Source: Lepidodermella squamata (lineage: Eukaryota; Animalia; Gastrotricha). Taken from it: a stretch of 64,000 nucleotides of DNA. Where the stretch lies: assembly GCA_047495785.1 (NCBI GenBank), contig JBLDXI010000025.1, positions 186,001 through 250,000 on the forward strand, given 5' to 3'. The position numbers and the translations under genes were made by a program. The notes below the pieces were generated by a model, which made no database searches, was not told the origin of the DNA, and worked only from the letters and a program-made list of their open reading frames with translations. Positions 34,483 through 47,176 of this stretch are shown here, in pieces (positions within the stretch are counted from its first letter, which is position 1; every line of letters starts with the position of its first letter).

Positions 34483-37212
34483 ATGGCAACACTACTGATA
34501 ACTATTCTGTTTCTTCTCTCGAAAATCGCGCAAGGATTCACGCAAACAAAAACTGCTATGAATGCGTCTATACCACAGAGAGTCACCGCCACTGGCTACA
34601 ATGCGAGCAGTAAAACCGTCAGCATACCGCTGTCTTGCAACTACGCTGGTTTCACGAATTCGCTCGGTCCAATATGTACGGAAGGTATCCGCTACGCTCT
34701 AGACAGCCTCAAACGAATGCCCAACTTTCTGACCGATATCGAGCTGGTAATTGATCCAATTGACGACGTGGTTAGTTTGAAATGGACTAATAACTATTCA
34801 AGATTTTAAAATATAATTCACTTAAAGTGCAACGAACCAACAGCTATGCGCAAGTTCTTTGCGGAAATGTCAGCGAACGAATTCGCCAGCGACCGTCTGC
34901 CCATCTACCTATTTGCATCGTGTTCGGTTCACTACGGCCTAGCTCAAACTCTGCAACACTTCAATGTCATCAGCGTGAGTTACATTTAATCGATATATCT
35001 TTATTCAATCAGTTTAAAGCAATCATTGCTCCTAAAGCCATTTGGGAGGCGTCGGTCCCATTCTTCTTTTTCTAACTGCTATATGAAGTTTGATTCCACG
35101 GTGAGGGATTAGGAACTACTTCAAATTAACAAACCCCGAAAACTTCCAGAAACATGACGCAAGGCAGTTTTCTAAAATATAATTACCCAAATATTCTAAA
35201 TATTCCATTCTGTACTCCTTCTGTTCCAGTTCGCACCGTACTCTGTCCCGTTGGAAATATTTACGAGACGAGGGCGTTATCAAAACTTTTTTGTGACCTT
35301 ACCTTCACTTTACGATACTCAAATGTCTATCGCAGAACTTATGTCAGTGTTGAATTGGCGCAAACTGGCCATAATTTCAGAAATTAAAGATACGACCCTG
35401 ATTTCCGACAGCAGCTTCATCAGCCTCATCGAGAAGAGGTACAACATCACTTCATCCGGGCTGTACAAAATTCCGTTGCTAAACGGCCCTTTACCAGATT
35501 CAGAGAGCATTCGAGGAGCAGTGGAAGAGATGAGTAAAAGCGATCATAGAATCATCCTGCTGTTCTCAGCTTCATCTGTTCGAATAGCTTGCTGGCTTCA
35601 TCGTTACAAACTCTTTGGGCCTAATTATGTAATCTTTGCATCAACTCTTACGGCTTTTAATCCGAATGACCCGTTGAGATTCTCGCCCTGGTGCACTGAG
35701 GCAATGCTCACGGATGTTTTGCAAAGTTTCATTGTCTTCGGATACTCGAGCATGATGGCTCTTGATCAAATGGAGGCGATAGACTCTTTCGGGAATTCCG
35801 GATCAGATTTCGATAAAACGTTGTTGTCTCGAATTGACAATCCTCAAATGCGGAGTGGGTGGTCTCAGCGCCATTACTGCTACGACAGTGTTCTTTTTGC
35901 ATCTCATGTACTCAATGCTACTCAGGAATTACTTCGAAGAGAAAACCAATCCCTGACAGATTGGCTTACTAATAGCGAGAGATTTCGAACTAATGGATCG
36001 TCGATGGTAGCGAAAATGAAGGAAGCCTTATTTTCGACTAGAATCTCTAGCAAAATTGGAGATATTGGCTTCGAGAGAGAAACCACTCTGAATACAGGTG
36101 GCAATGCGATTTTGGGGGTTTTCCAGTACCAACCTGTTCCAGGAGCTCAAAATAATTTGAACTTGATCCCAATCGCTGTATTCAACAGCCGTAGTCGGAA
36201 AATCGATTTTATTCCTGGAAAAATGAAGTGGCAAACCAAAACAGGTTTAGCTCCGTTAGATTCATTGAAAATCATCGATGTTGCTCCGCCGCTGCTCTCC
36301 TTCGATGCGTATGTTACAATAACAGTTTTCAGCTCGCTAGGACTCGCAATCTCTCTGATTCTATCAATTCGTTCGAGCGGTCGTTGGAAATCTTCCGCTT
36401 CAATATTTCTGTTTGTCGGAAGCGCTTTTCTTACGATTTCAAACTTGGTTTTACCTCTAATTCCCATGGCGAAAATGGCCGCCCATTACACGGCCTCATT
36501 CTCGTTTCTACTTGTTGGCGTTGAATTTATATTGCTGGGGCTAATGTTGAAGCTAGAAGTCGCACATATATCCGCACTTCTCCAGATTCAAGCGCAAGGC
36601 GGTAAAAAGAGAAATGGCGATATTTTGACCGTTAGTACTTTCTCTCAAAAATCGAAAGCAAGTAAAATCTCTTCTCGAACGAAGGAAATAACAATGAAAT
36701 CTAGCATGAGGAAATTATACGTATCATTCGCTGTTCTAATAGCAATCAGCCTAGTACTTCTTTTGGTTTGGTTCACGGCGGAACCCATTGAAACGTATTC
36801 AATTAGTGGTCAGCCAACAATCTCGCCAGATGACAACTCAATTGCTTATAGGGATATCACTCACCTATACCGCCTGGGATTGACAGCTAACATCATCATC
36901 GGTCTGTTTTGTTCCACATTCACTGTTCTGATCTTACGAGGAACCTTTTTAGCTTTCGTGCTAAGAAACGTAAGTCCTTTGTCCTTTATGCGCTTGTTTC
37001 ACAGTTTCTGTTTCCAGATCAAGACTGAAGCAATAAATGATTTGCAGAAGGTAGTCAGATGCTTCTACGGAGTTATCCTTCTCCTTGTAGCCGGATTGGT
37101 CATTGGCAAGGCAATTTTCAGTGATCAAGACGATCAGAGGATCGCAATATCTATCATGAATTTAGCAAACGTTGCAATAGTCGTCGGATTTTTCTTCCCT
37201 AAGAGTACCTGA
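34483..37212 (+). CDS. Divergent class C GPCR, GABA-B-like, distant paralog; exons 34483-34770, 34828-34974, 35230-37212 (probable extra 48-nt in-frame intron near 36970)
   Basis: Signal peptide; FLTDIEL..DDVCNE; LNWRKLAII; linker WQTKTGLAPLD; 7TM ending FFFPK. Confidence 0.8.
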
Positions 37213-38523
37213 TATTCATATGATATGAAGTCTGGATTTGCAGGATCCAGAAAAAAAAACAATCCAGCCTGCATCATTCTGCTTCGTTAGTTGGTGCTAT
37301 ACTTATTCTGTTCTGTCTTTTCGTCATTTCGTTGTATTTATTTCTCGATGTGATTTTTATGTTGTTTTCTCTGAGAAATATTGATGTCAGAATTTGAATG
37401 ATCATACAAATGACTACACAGATGAATGATTTAATTTATCCTCCACCAGTGGGATTATTAGAAAAAAGTAGCAACAATTCCAATACCCATGTGGGTTTTT
37501 GGGACGGCGACGGGACGGGCGAGTCCGAGGTCCGAGTGGTTAGTCGTGAACAGTCGCCTTTTATCATGCCAGAATTTGAGTTGAGATTGTGTGCAATTTT
37601 CCGCTCTATAACCAAGTACAAAAATGGAACTATAAGCCCATAAGTGGTGGCAACCTCAGGTGGGCGCCATTTTTTTGCCTTATAATGCAAAGATGCTGAA
37701 AATCATTCTCTTATTATGTGTAAAAAGCCATTTTTTCTTTGAGCTCGATCAAACGATTTTTGCTGGCCACATTTCCTGCTAGAGTCGAGTCCATAAAGTA
37801 TTAGTCCCAAAAGGGATTGGTCCGTGCACGGCGGAGAACAATGGGGAAAAACCGGTGAAAAAGAGAAAACCCGGTGAAAAACATGAATTCAAAGTCTCAA
37901 TTACTTATTCCTGATTTCCAATTGACTGAATTACTATCGAGCCGAATGGCGCATGACTGTCAGCTCGCTTGATAATTACGAAATCTTGGGAAAAAGTAAG
38001 ATATTCAACTGAGGGGGTGGGTGATTTCCATCTTTCGTATCTTGAGTAAAGTCGAATGAGAGGATAAATAAAAACATTATTATTATTATACCACGAGGGG
38101 ACGAGGGACGAGGTAATCCAGACGAGGGACAGAGCTGGTGGCTGATTTTTTATCGGGGGAGAGAACGACGAGGCCTGGATTACCTGGAAATCGGCGTCGG
38201 CATTCACGCGGTCGCCGGAGGAGGGAGAGGCAGATATCGGCGCTGCGGTTGCGCCCTGAAATCCAAAGGTAATGTAATACTCTGTATTAGGCAGAATTTT
38301 TGTAGTGATTTGTCGGCTTGCATGCATACCTAATACACTACATTCTTAGGCTGATGCTGCGTGCTCGATCTCAGTTCACGTGGGAGGCTCAATTTCAAGG
38401 TTTTGGTCACGTTCCAGCCGGCTTAATGAAGTTTTTAACCCTACGTAGTCTCCTGGTGTTGAAATGTGCCTCATATTCACATAAAAAATCTGTCAACCTA
38501 TCTGTCAACACTTTGCCTCTAGA

Positions 38524-41125
38524 ATGTACACTATTGTTGGCCTCACCCTTTTCTTAGCGATCACTCTCCCACAATTACTCTCGTTCAGCTATGCAGCGAA
38601 GCCGAGGCTCTTGTGGCCCGCAATCAAGGGTATATTATTGTTAATATAAAATTGGATATGATGTATCCATATGTTCCATATGACAGACCCCAGTCAAAAC
38701 GCTCTGATAGATTACGTCAACTCGACCGGGGTCATTTTGGCAAATTTTGAAATCGTTCCTTATGGAATGCTTACCGATAAAGAAGACTATCTCAACAGAT
38801 ACGCAAGGATATTGTCAGAGATGGAACTGCCTAACAACACTTACCTAGCACCCATCGTAACTGGTCCAGATGGAAACTGTGATGATTCTGCAGGGACCTA
38901 TCGCGCAATCAATATGGTCATGGTAACAATTTTAATTACGATTTAATAAGGGTTCCGAGGACTAATGTTGACTCGCCAGCCCCATTTCGATTAGCATTTC
39001 CCACACAACATGTGCTTACACAGTGATTTGTTAGTTTCGCAGTATTTAATAATATTAAGCTGTATTTTACAAAATTATAAGAATTTATCTTCGCCCATTT
39101 CATTCCCTTCGAATGAATCAGATTTCACAAAGCTGCGCTGGGCCTTTTATCGAGTCCCGAAGATCTAGGTTCTACAACAACCTGTATACAACACTAGGAT
39201 CGGTTAGCTCGTACAAATATGCGATTTTTAACACTATTAAATCAATTGGCAACTGGAAACGCGTCGGAATGGTGTACTCTTGGTACCTTCGCGATGTCCC
39301 GATGCTAGCCGATGAGACTTTCAAGCTTCTGACAGCGAGCAACATTGAAGTCAGCGAATTCGTCAGTGTTTACTGGTTTGGGGATTTGCAAGACGCTGAT
39401 TTGCAACCCTTGCAAAATGTCAGAATTATCATGGTATTCCCCTACGGCGCCTGGGAATGCCAGATATTTTTATGCAAGGCCTATCACAATGGCATCAGAC
39501 CGCCGTTGTACCACTTCATTGTATCGATACCAGCTTGTTTGACATGGAACTTGGAGCGAGATGTCTCCATGTCAAAAACTTGCACAAGAGAAATTGTGGA
39601 CATTCAACTGTCAGCGTTGTTTGCTATCGGAATTCCGTTATATCCGTTTGATATGCCGAAGCAATCCAGTCTCGGAATGAGCCCTTCAGAATACGACATT
39701 TTGCTGAGAGCGAAGAACATCGAGGTGGGATATTCTCCTATATTAGGTCTTTCTCATTACGGTGAGCATGACGGTAGTATGTTCACGCTGCTCGTCCTGA
39801 ACAAAACCGAAGCGTCGTTGCACCAGGAATACAATCTATCCCTGAGTGATTTCAAGAATCCGATGTACCAACGCTTGATATACGAAGTAGCCAGAAGAAG
39901 TGCGGGTGAGCTCGAAGCGGTTGGATTTCGAAATCCTAGAATCAAGCGAGATATCAATGGTGAGATGTACCAAGATTTATCAATAATGCAAGCTTACAAG
40001 TTGCAACCTCGCCGAGTGGCCCATCTACCGTATGACTATGAGAAGCAATACTTTCCATTCTATAGTGATGATAGGCCCATCTGGGCAACGAAAACAGGAC
40101 TTCCGCCGAGAGATTTGACTAGCATAGAGCTCAGATTCGGATATTGTGGCAGCATTCTGTGTGGCACTGTCACCTGTTTAGCGGTACCTTTAACCTTGGT
40201 TCAGTGTCTTCTTCTCTTTGCCACCACTCATGCTCAGCCTGAAAAGTTCTACAAAAATTGGAAGAAGTTCTTTGTCTTCTTTGCCTGTTTGGGGCTGAAT
40301 GCATCGGCTATATTTCTTATCATGGGCCACGATTTATCTCCAGCGACGGAATGCAGATGGAGAATAGTTTTGATAACAATGAGCTTGAGCATGCTTCACA
40401 GCCTTATTTTCAGCCAACTTTTCGTCTACAGCAAGTTCGTTCGGATTAGGACATATCGGGTCCACAATCGAGCTATTCGTTAAATCAATCATATTGCCAA
40501 GTGGAAAATCTCCTTCAAGGTGAGGCCGCGTGATTCTCAGTATGAGAATATAGGAATCGTCATTCAAAGACGCATTTCCACGCTCGTAAGTGATAGATAT
40601 AAAAATGAACTTGAAATGCTACAAGCTCTCATCGCAGCCGTGGCTATGAACGTGATTGCACTGCTTCTGTGGATCATCAAGGAACCAATGCAATTGTTTT
40701 TCTATCGGAATCCGGTTGCGTTCGACGAAGTGGCGGATACGTATTTTGAGCTCGATGTCACGTTCTGTAGTTCAGAGAATATTAGCTACTGGCTCGGAGC
40801 CGTCCTCACGTTCAATTTCGGACTTCTATTACTGGCGAATATGTTTTCACTCGACCTGAGGCGTCGCACCATGCCTAATGAATTCGCTCTGAGTTGCAAG
40901 CTAATCAGAGTAGCGGCGGTGAATGCCCTGACGATGCTAGCAGCCAGTGTTGTTGTGCTTGTCTTGGTGACAAAGTCCAACAAGCCATGCTTGGTTAACG
41001 CAGTATTGGCTTTTATCGAGCTGGTATATTCTGGGATAATGAGCTTCGTTTTGTTGCTGCCTGTTACTGTGAAAGTTGAAAAGCTTGGCGCAGTTGTCAA
41101 CGTGTGTAATTCCAACATTACGTGA
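38524..41125 (+). pseudogene. GABA-B-like GPCR copy 2 (duplicate of 27415-29994) with a premature TAA at 40481-40483; exons 38524-38629, 38687-38922, 39122-41125
   Basis: The large exon is collinear with copy 1 at offset 11131 without indels. TAT (Tyr) at 29350 in copy 1 corresponds to TAA here, just after TM3. Confidence 0.8.
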
Positions 41126-43496
41126 AATGACCAAATGACCAAATGAATATGTTTTATTTTACGTCCTCCTTTCAGGCATTGTGATGGTAATTGAATAGAA
41201 AAAAAGGAGAAAGCCTTACCCGTGAGGGTTTAGGGGACGGTTGACGGCAGGCGATCGGCGTCTGTGGCCGACAGATCGGTCGCGAACAACCTGCTTTTGC
41301 CCAAAAATGCATAATTTTCGATGCTCCGTGAAAAACGATTGCTATTATTTTGCTAATAATCGTCACTCTGCAGTGAATAGCTATATCCTTTCAAAAAATT
41401 ACAAAGCAGTTTGAGGTAAAGTTTTGAAATTTGCCAACAATTATTCGGATCTCCTCTAACATCGAACTTTCTGAGAGATTCAATTTTGACAATTCCGTAG
41501 AAAGTTTAAGTATACTTCAAAATTACCACCTCCAAATACCTGAGACTTGTTTACAAGTAGTGTTAATTCAACGAATAAATCAATTCAATAAAACCATGAC
41601 GCCCTTTTTTATTATCCCTATTTTAATCGATGATTATTCTTCTTAGCATCGTTGCTGATGCTGCTGCTGATGCTGCTGTTGATTTTGAGGCCTCATCGGT
41701 TGTGAGATTTCGAATGTGCGGCTTCCTTATAATCTTTAGACGTAATTGAATGCCAAGTGGCTGAAAAATAACGACGACAACGACGATACGTGATACGGCC
41801 AATATTTGAGCAGCTAATTAGCATGCAAAGATCCATCCATCCAGCCAGCCAGCCCTGACTGCGCACCTTTCGCCGTCTCATCCGCATCCTAATCATCATC
41901 ATCATGCTCAAATCGCCGCAGCAGTCTATTATAGCTGCAATAATATATTATAGACTTTTATTAATATTTGGTATTTCTCTTCAGAGAAAAGGGCGATAAA
42001 AAAACGCCAGAGCGGCGTGATCATGTCCCGAATTGCTGTTGTTCGATGTTCACACGACGACGATATTTTGGTGCGTGAATGCTGTGGCCGGAAGCAGCGC
42101 GCGTGGGCGGGCGAGAGACGGTGAGCCGCTGGACACGGCGCTGCCATCGTCGATGCTTATTGTGTTTTACATAGCGCAGCCAGCCCATTTTCATCGTCTA
42201 CGCGCGCGCTGCAAAAAATATCGGCGGCGCGCGCGAGCTCGCGATCGCTTATCGCGCCTCTCTCTCGGCGATACTAATATTATAATAAACTTATTGTCGG
42301 CGCCCTTGTCGTACACACACACACACACGGCGAGTCTATTACTATTACGGCGGCGCTGAGGCCTCGCCCGTCGTCCGTCCGCTCGCCCGGCGCGCCGTGG
42401 TGTTGACGCGCTTCGGTGATTATTCGGCTGGAGAGCGGCGGCGAACCTCTCAGCTGCTCGCGACTTGTTCACTATGACCATTGGTCATCAGCTGCTTTCA
42501 AATCGCTGCGAAAACAAATTAACTAATTTTCATACATACAATACTATTACTTACACTATGCAGTAAGATTTCTATAGCCACGTCGTCTCAGGTTGCGGTA
42601 AAAATTTCAATTATTCTTTAACTTGCCAAATTTTTCAAGTTTTTTTCAATTTATCTTCAGTCTTTATTTCACTGACCTATTTTCTTAGATGATGACGTCA
42701 TCGGTGTCTGAATCATTCAATTTTTACAAATGGCCTTTCCGGAAAATCTCACGTGTTTTTTAATCATCAGCTCGTTTCATTGGACGGATATTGATGGCTT
42801 TTTCGCTATTTTGTAAATACTCGAGAATGAGTCAGCAGAGTTTTCCCCCCGCTATTTTTAATAGCCCGTTCCTAGATCAAGCGTCAACTTCCTTTTACCT
42901 AATTAACTTATTCATTGATCACTTTTTCTTCACCGGCTTGTTAACACAGGTTAAGGAAATATTTTACGAGCACATGTGCTGATAATGCGTCTTCTCATTT
43001 TTTCTCATCAATGATCTGATTTAGTCTATCCTGAAACTAGAAGTCTTCGGCCCGGTGCTATTCAGCAAATTCTCACTTGCGATTGTAAAATTCAAGCCAT
43101 CGAAAATCCTCTGATCATGTGACATTATAACCTCAATCTTCTTAACTCGAAAGGTTTCTGAGGATTGTGAGAAATTACAAAAATTCGGGAAATTATTCAA
43201 AAAATTAGCTAAAATCGAAATTAAAATTGCAGCTTGAAATTGAACATTTTATATTAGAAATAAATTAATTAATTGTTTGTTGAATTTTTAGAAATTTTAT
43301 ATGTGCGATAAAATCGCTTATAACTTAATTAGGACAACATTATAAGGTCGCGAACTCGATTATAGCATGTGACCGATTCTACGCCGCCAATTGTTTCAAC
43401 GATTTTCAAGTTAAAACTAAGCATTCCGTTCATGAGAAAAAAGATGCGCTGTGGCTCTGTTGTTACGTGATTGATTTTTGCTGAGCAACAAAATAC

Positions 43497-45393
43497 ATGG
43501 CATCGTCACTGAAGCGTGACTCGAGCAGTGAAGGCGCCTCCGCCGGCCTCCATCGGCCGCGCTTCGTGCTCGGCGGCGGCGAAAGCTCGGCCGAACTGCT
43601 CGATCACGAAGCCGCCGGCCCGCCGCCGACCGAAACCACCAGCCTGCTGCGCCGCTCGTCGTCCGTTCGCGTGCAACAGCGCGAGGTCATCGCGCCGCCC
43701 CGACGCCTTTTCCGCGCCGATGCGTGTAAGTTTATTCCACTACTACTACTACTACTACTGTGACCACAAATTAGAGCGCGTGGGTTATTCGCCTTTTTTA
43801 TTATCAAAATTTGCATAATCGCGCGCAAATCGAGCGTATTAAAACGGGCGATAACAAAACCTGAGATGATAAAAATTCACCTGTGCGCCCAGTGCTATTG
43901 ATTTCGCCAATAGTATAAAAACATCTCAATTTTTAAATTATTTCTGGCTTTCTTTTCTGGTTTTGTTATGGCGACCAGCTATTGTGGAGAGCGAGGAGGA
44001 AGGCGCGTCGCCGACACTTGCTGCTGAGGACCCAGGTGAAGACATGTCGTCGGTGGCTGGGCTCGGCCGTTTCCCGAGTTTCGTCCGCCGCAAGTCATCG
44101 CGCCTTTCGCCCAACAGCCAACTCGCGCAAATGTTCGACGAAGCCGATGCCGGGTAAACGCACTTTTTCATCGCTTTTTCATATGATGTCCAATTATTAT
44201 TCATCCAACTGCCAGTATTAGAATATTTCAAAAAATCTGAAACCAAAAGTAGTTGTTACGGCACATAACTGTAAAAAATCAGTTCGAAATATAGCCTGTG
44301 TCTTGCCGTGGAGTCACAGATCCAAGGCTCAGATTAGTTTTTACTAATGAATTTCAAGGCAACAATGACGAAGATATTGAATAAGAATTTTGAAAGCCGC
44401 GAGGTGGGCCTGGATCGACTAATTTACCACTAGAATTGAGCTTGAACATTCACATTTTACTGTGTGATTTCGAGTTTCGACACTTCCTTTCTTGATCGAT
44501 AATGATGCTCCTTTTAATCCTGGTTTTTTTATTATAGTTACCTTGGCTATTTAGGAACTTTCCCATTTCTTCCGCACACCATATTCGGCACCATATTCAA
44601 ATTTTGAATCCAAATTTGATTTCAAATTTAATGTCCGAAAAAATCGCTGATTTGTAGACTCGGTAATTTGGATCGATATGGGCCCCGCTGGCTGAAGTAC
44701 TTATAACTCGTGAACTGGCCGCAAGTAGCGCAAAAGACGCGTCACTTTGAGATAAATCGGATAGGCTGGGTTTGGATTATATATTTCAGATTTTCTGGAC
44801 AAAGTAAAGCTCGAAAAACTATATTCAAGTGTTTGGCCACTAAATGTGGGGTTTGCAATAGGTATTTTGTGAAATAATGTTGCCTCGAGCTTAGATGCAT
44901 CGAATTTGGTAATTTAATAGCTAAAATCGATAATCGCATAATTTTGCCGTGGTAACTTGTTGTTTCTTTCATTCAACATTCATGTATTTGTATTTGTGTC
45001 GCTCATTCACAGCGCTGCGAGCGGCGTGGTGGTGCGCGAAAGCCGGCGCGTGGCGCTGAGCGGCTTCGAGGCGGTGCGCGACTGCGCCCTGGTGCAGGCG
45101 GCGCTCAAAACCGGCGCCACGAGCCTGGACGTCGACGTCGACTCGCCAACAACAACCGCAACCACCTCGGCGGCGAACACGCATGGCCGGCCTTCCGGAG
45201 ACGGCGGCGGGCCCAACCAGCAGCAGCAGGTGCCGCCGCACGCGACGCTGTCGACGGAGGCGCTGCAGCAGATGGTGATCAGCCTGGCGGCGAACGCGAA
45301 CAACCCGTTCCAGACGCTGCAGCCGGGCACCAGCATACAGGCGCAGTGGGTGCGCCAGGCCGCGATGACGCCGGCGCAGAAACGCAAGGCAAG
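43497..45393 (+). CDS. Probable extended N-terminal exons of Cav2 (43497-43725, 43979-44153, 45013-45393)
   Basis: Three GC-rich exons splice in phase. The phase-2 donor at 45393 is compatible with the Cav2 acceptor TTGTTAG|G at 47194, giving ..KRKAR-MARQTG. Confidence 0.55.
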
Positions 45394-47176
45394 GTACTTG
45401 AGCGCACACAATTTTGCTTCATCTAATTACAGGTCACGCCGCGCTCGCTCGCTCTTCGTCGACGTCAATTAGCCGGACGGCCGACCGACCGGCCGGACTC
45501 ATCATCGTCGTCGGCCGCGTAGAATCAGTAGAAAAAAAAATCAGCTCTCATCATTCAGCAGCAGCCGATACAGAGGAAAAACTAGACCGCGATGATTGCT
45601 CGCTTCATTTCTGTGATTCAGAGATAATTTTATGTAATAATGCCGCTGATTTCGGCGGTGACCGACGGCGGCCGGCGGCAATTTTCGCTGGGCGCCGTTC
45701 TTTTTCTTCGTGTGTGTGTGTGTCTGTCTGTCTTTAAGTCACCCTGCAGCGATGATGATGTGTAGTCACTGCTGATTATTATTATCATCGACTACTACTA
45801 CTGCTATTACTTCTATTTCAAAAACAACATCATCGACTTTATCGACGATGAGTGTGTGTGTGTGTGTGTGCATGTATGTAAGTTTTGTCGTAATCATAAT
45901 CTCCATATGCAGCAGCTCGTAGATGGATGGCTAGATAGTACTTAGGCGCGTTGTAGTGAGGGGCACTATCATCGTCGGCGTATCGGCGCGTTGTCGGCAT
46001 CCGCTGCGTGTCGTCTTCATTACGGCGTGTAATAAAAGCGCGAGGCGAGAGGGGCGACTACGACCGCGAGCGACTACGCGTTGCTTCTGCAGCCGTTGCT
46101 TCTGCAAGTCAAATCACTTTTTTCCATGCAGCAGCCATGCGCGATTGTTGTCGTCGTCGTCATCACTCTTATTATCGACATTTAGCATTATGTAAATAAA
46201 CCGCGCCGCTTCGGTGGCTCGCAGCTTCCGTGAAAAAACCAGCAGCCACGCCGGCCGTGGCATAGCCGCAACAGCAGGCGCTCATTAGCGCGCATGCATA
46301 TTATTAATCCGGTCAAGTTAAAGTCACGCCAATCACTCCGCTGATGACATCTAGTGGCGTTGCGCGGCCCCGTGGTGCCGATTTGACTTTGCATGACACT
46401 CTCCCACCCGCAATCATCGCCACCATCTGCCGGTCGTTGGCGCCTTTTTTGGCCCCCGGCTGCGCGCTTCGATCAATGCAAGCGCGAGCGCATATCTCGG
46501 CTTATTTCAGCGCGCTTGGGACTCGAAATTTTCTGATCCCTAAACTATTGAACGCTCCTGCTAAGAGAATCCTCTGTTTTGATTTTTGATTTTTGACTTT
46601 TGATTTACTGATAGTCTCCGCGAAATCGGGTTTAAGGTCTACAGAATCGTGCATGAACTCAAGAATCAGCCTAATTAACTCGCTAGACTTTTCTAAACAA
46701 TATTTGGTTCTTTTTAGCAGATTGTCAAACCTCAAAGCTGGGGAGTTAAGAAGGATATTCCTTCCCATTAGCTCAATTAATAAGGCGTCAAATTTCTGTC
46801 CGTTTTGAGTGGCCGCATCATTTCAGGTGGGCAGATTTTCCGCGGTTTCTCTGAAATCCTTTTCATCATATGACTTTTTTCAAAATCAGCATTCGCGCGG
46901 AATCCTCCCACTAAACATCTAATTTTTCTGAAGTACTCGTCTGCTGGAACTAAAATGATTATCGCTATTTAGTATTATTCATCTTCTCTTCGCTAAGACT
47001 AGTTTTCCCTGTTTGAATTTTTCGCTGAGCCCGTTTTGTGATCAACCGCTTTTCGATTGGCTGCTTTGCTGAGTGCCTCTGATATCTGGATGCTCAGGAT
47101 GGCGATGATGAGTCCGGCCCGGCCCACCTAGAGCGCGCCGTGGCCGCCATGTCTCGACGCCATCGCGTCTCTAACC

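Noticed and set aside
8529-40483. Stop-codon reassignment suggested by in-frame TAA in two genes
   Set aside because: The two cases imply different amino acids (Gln versus Tyr), and TAA terminates other genes normally in this window.
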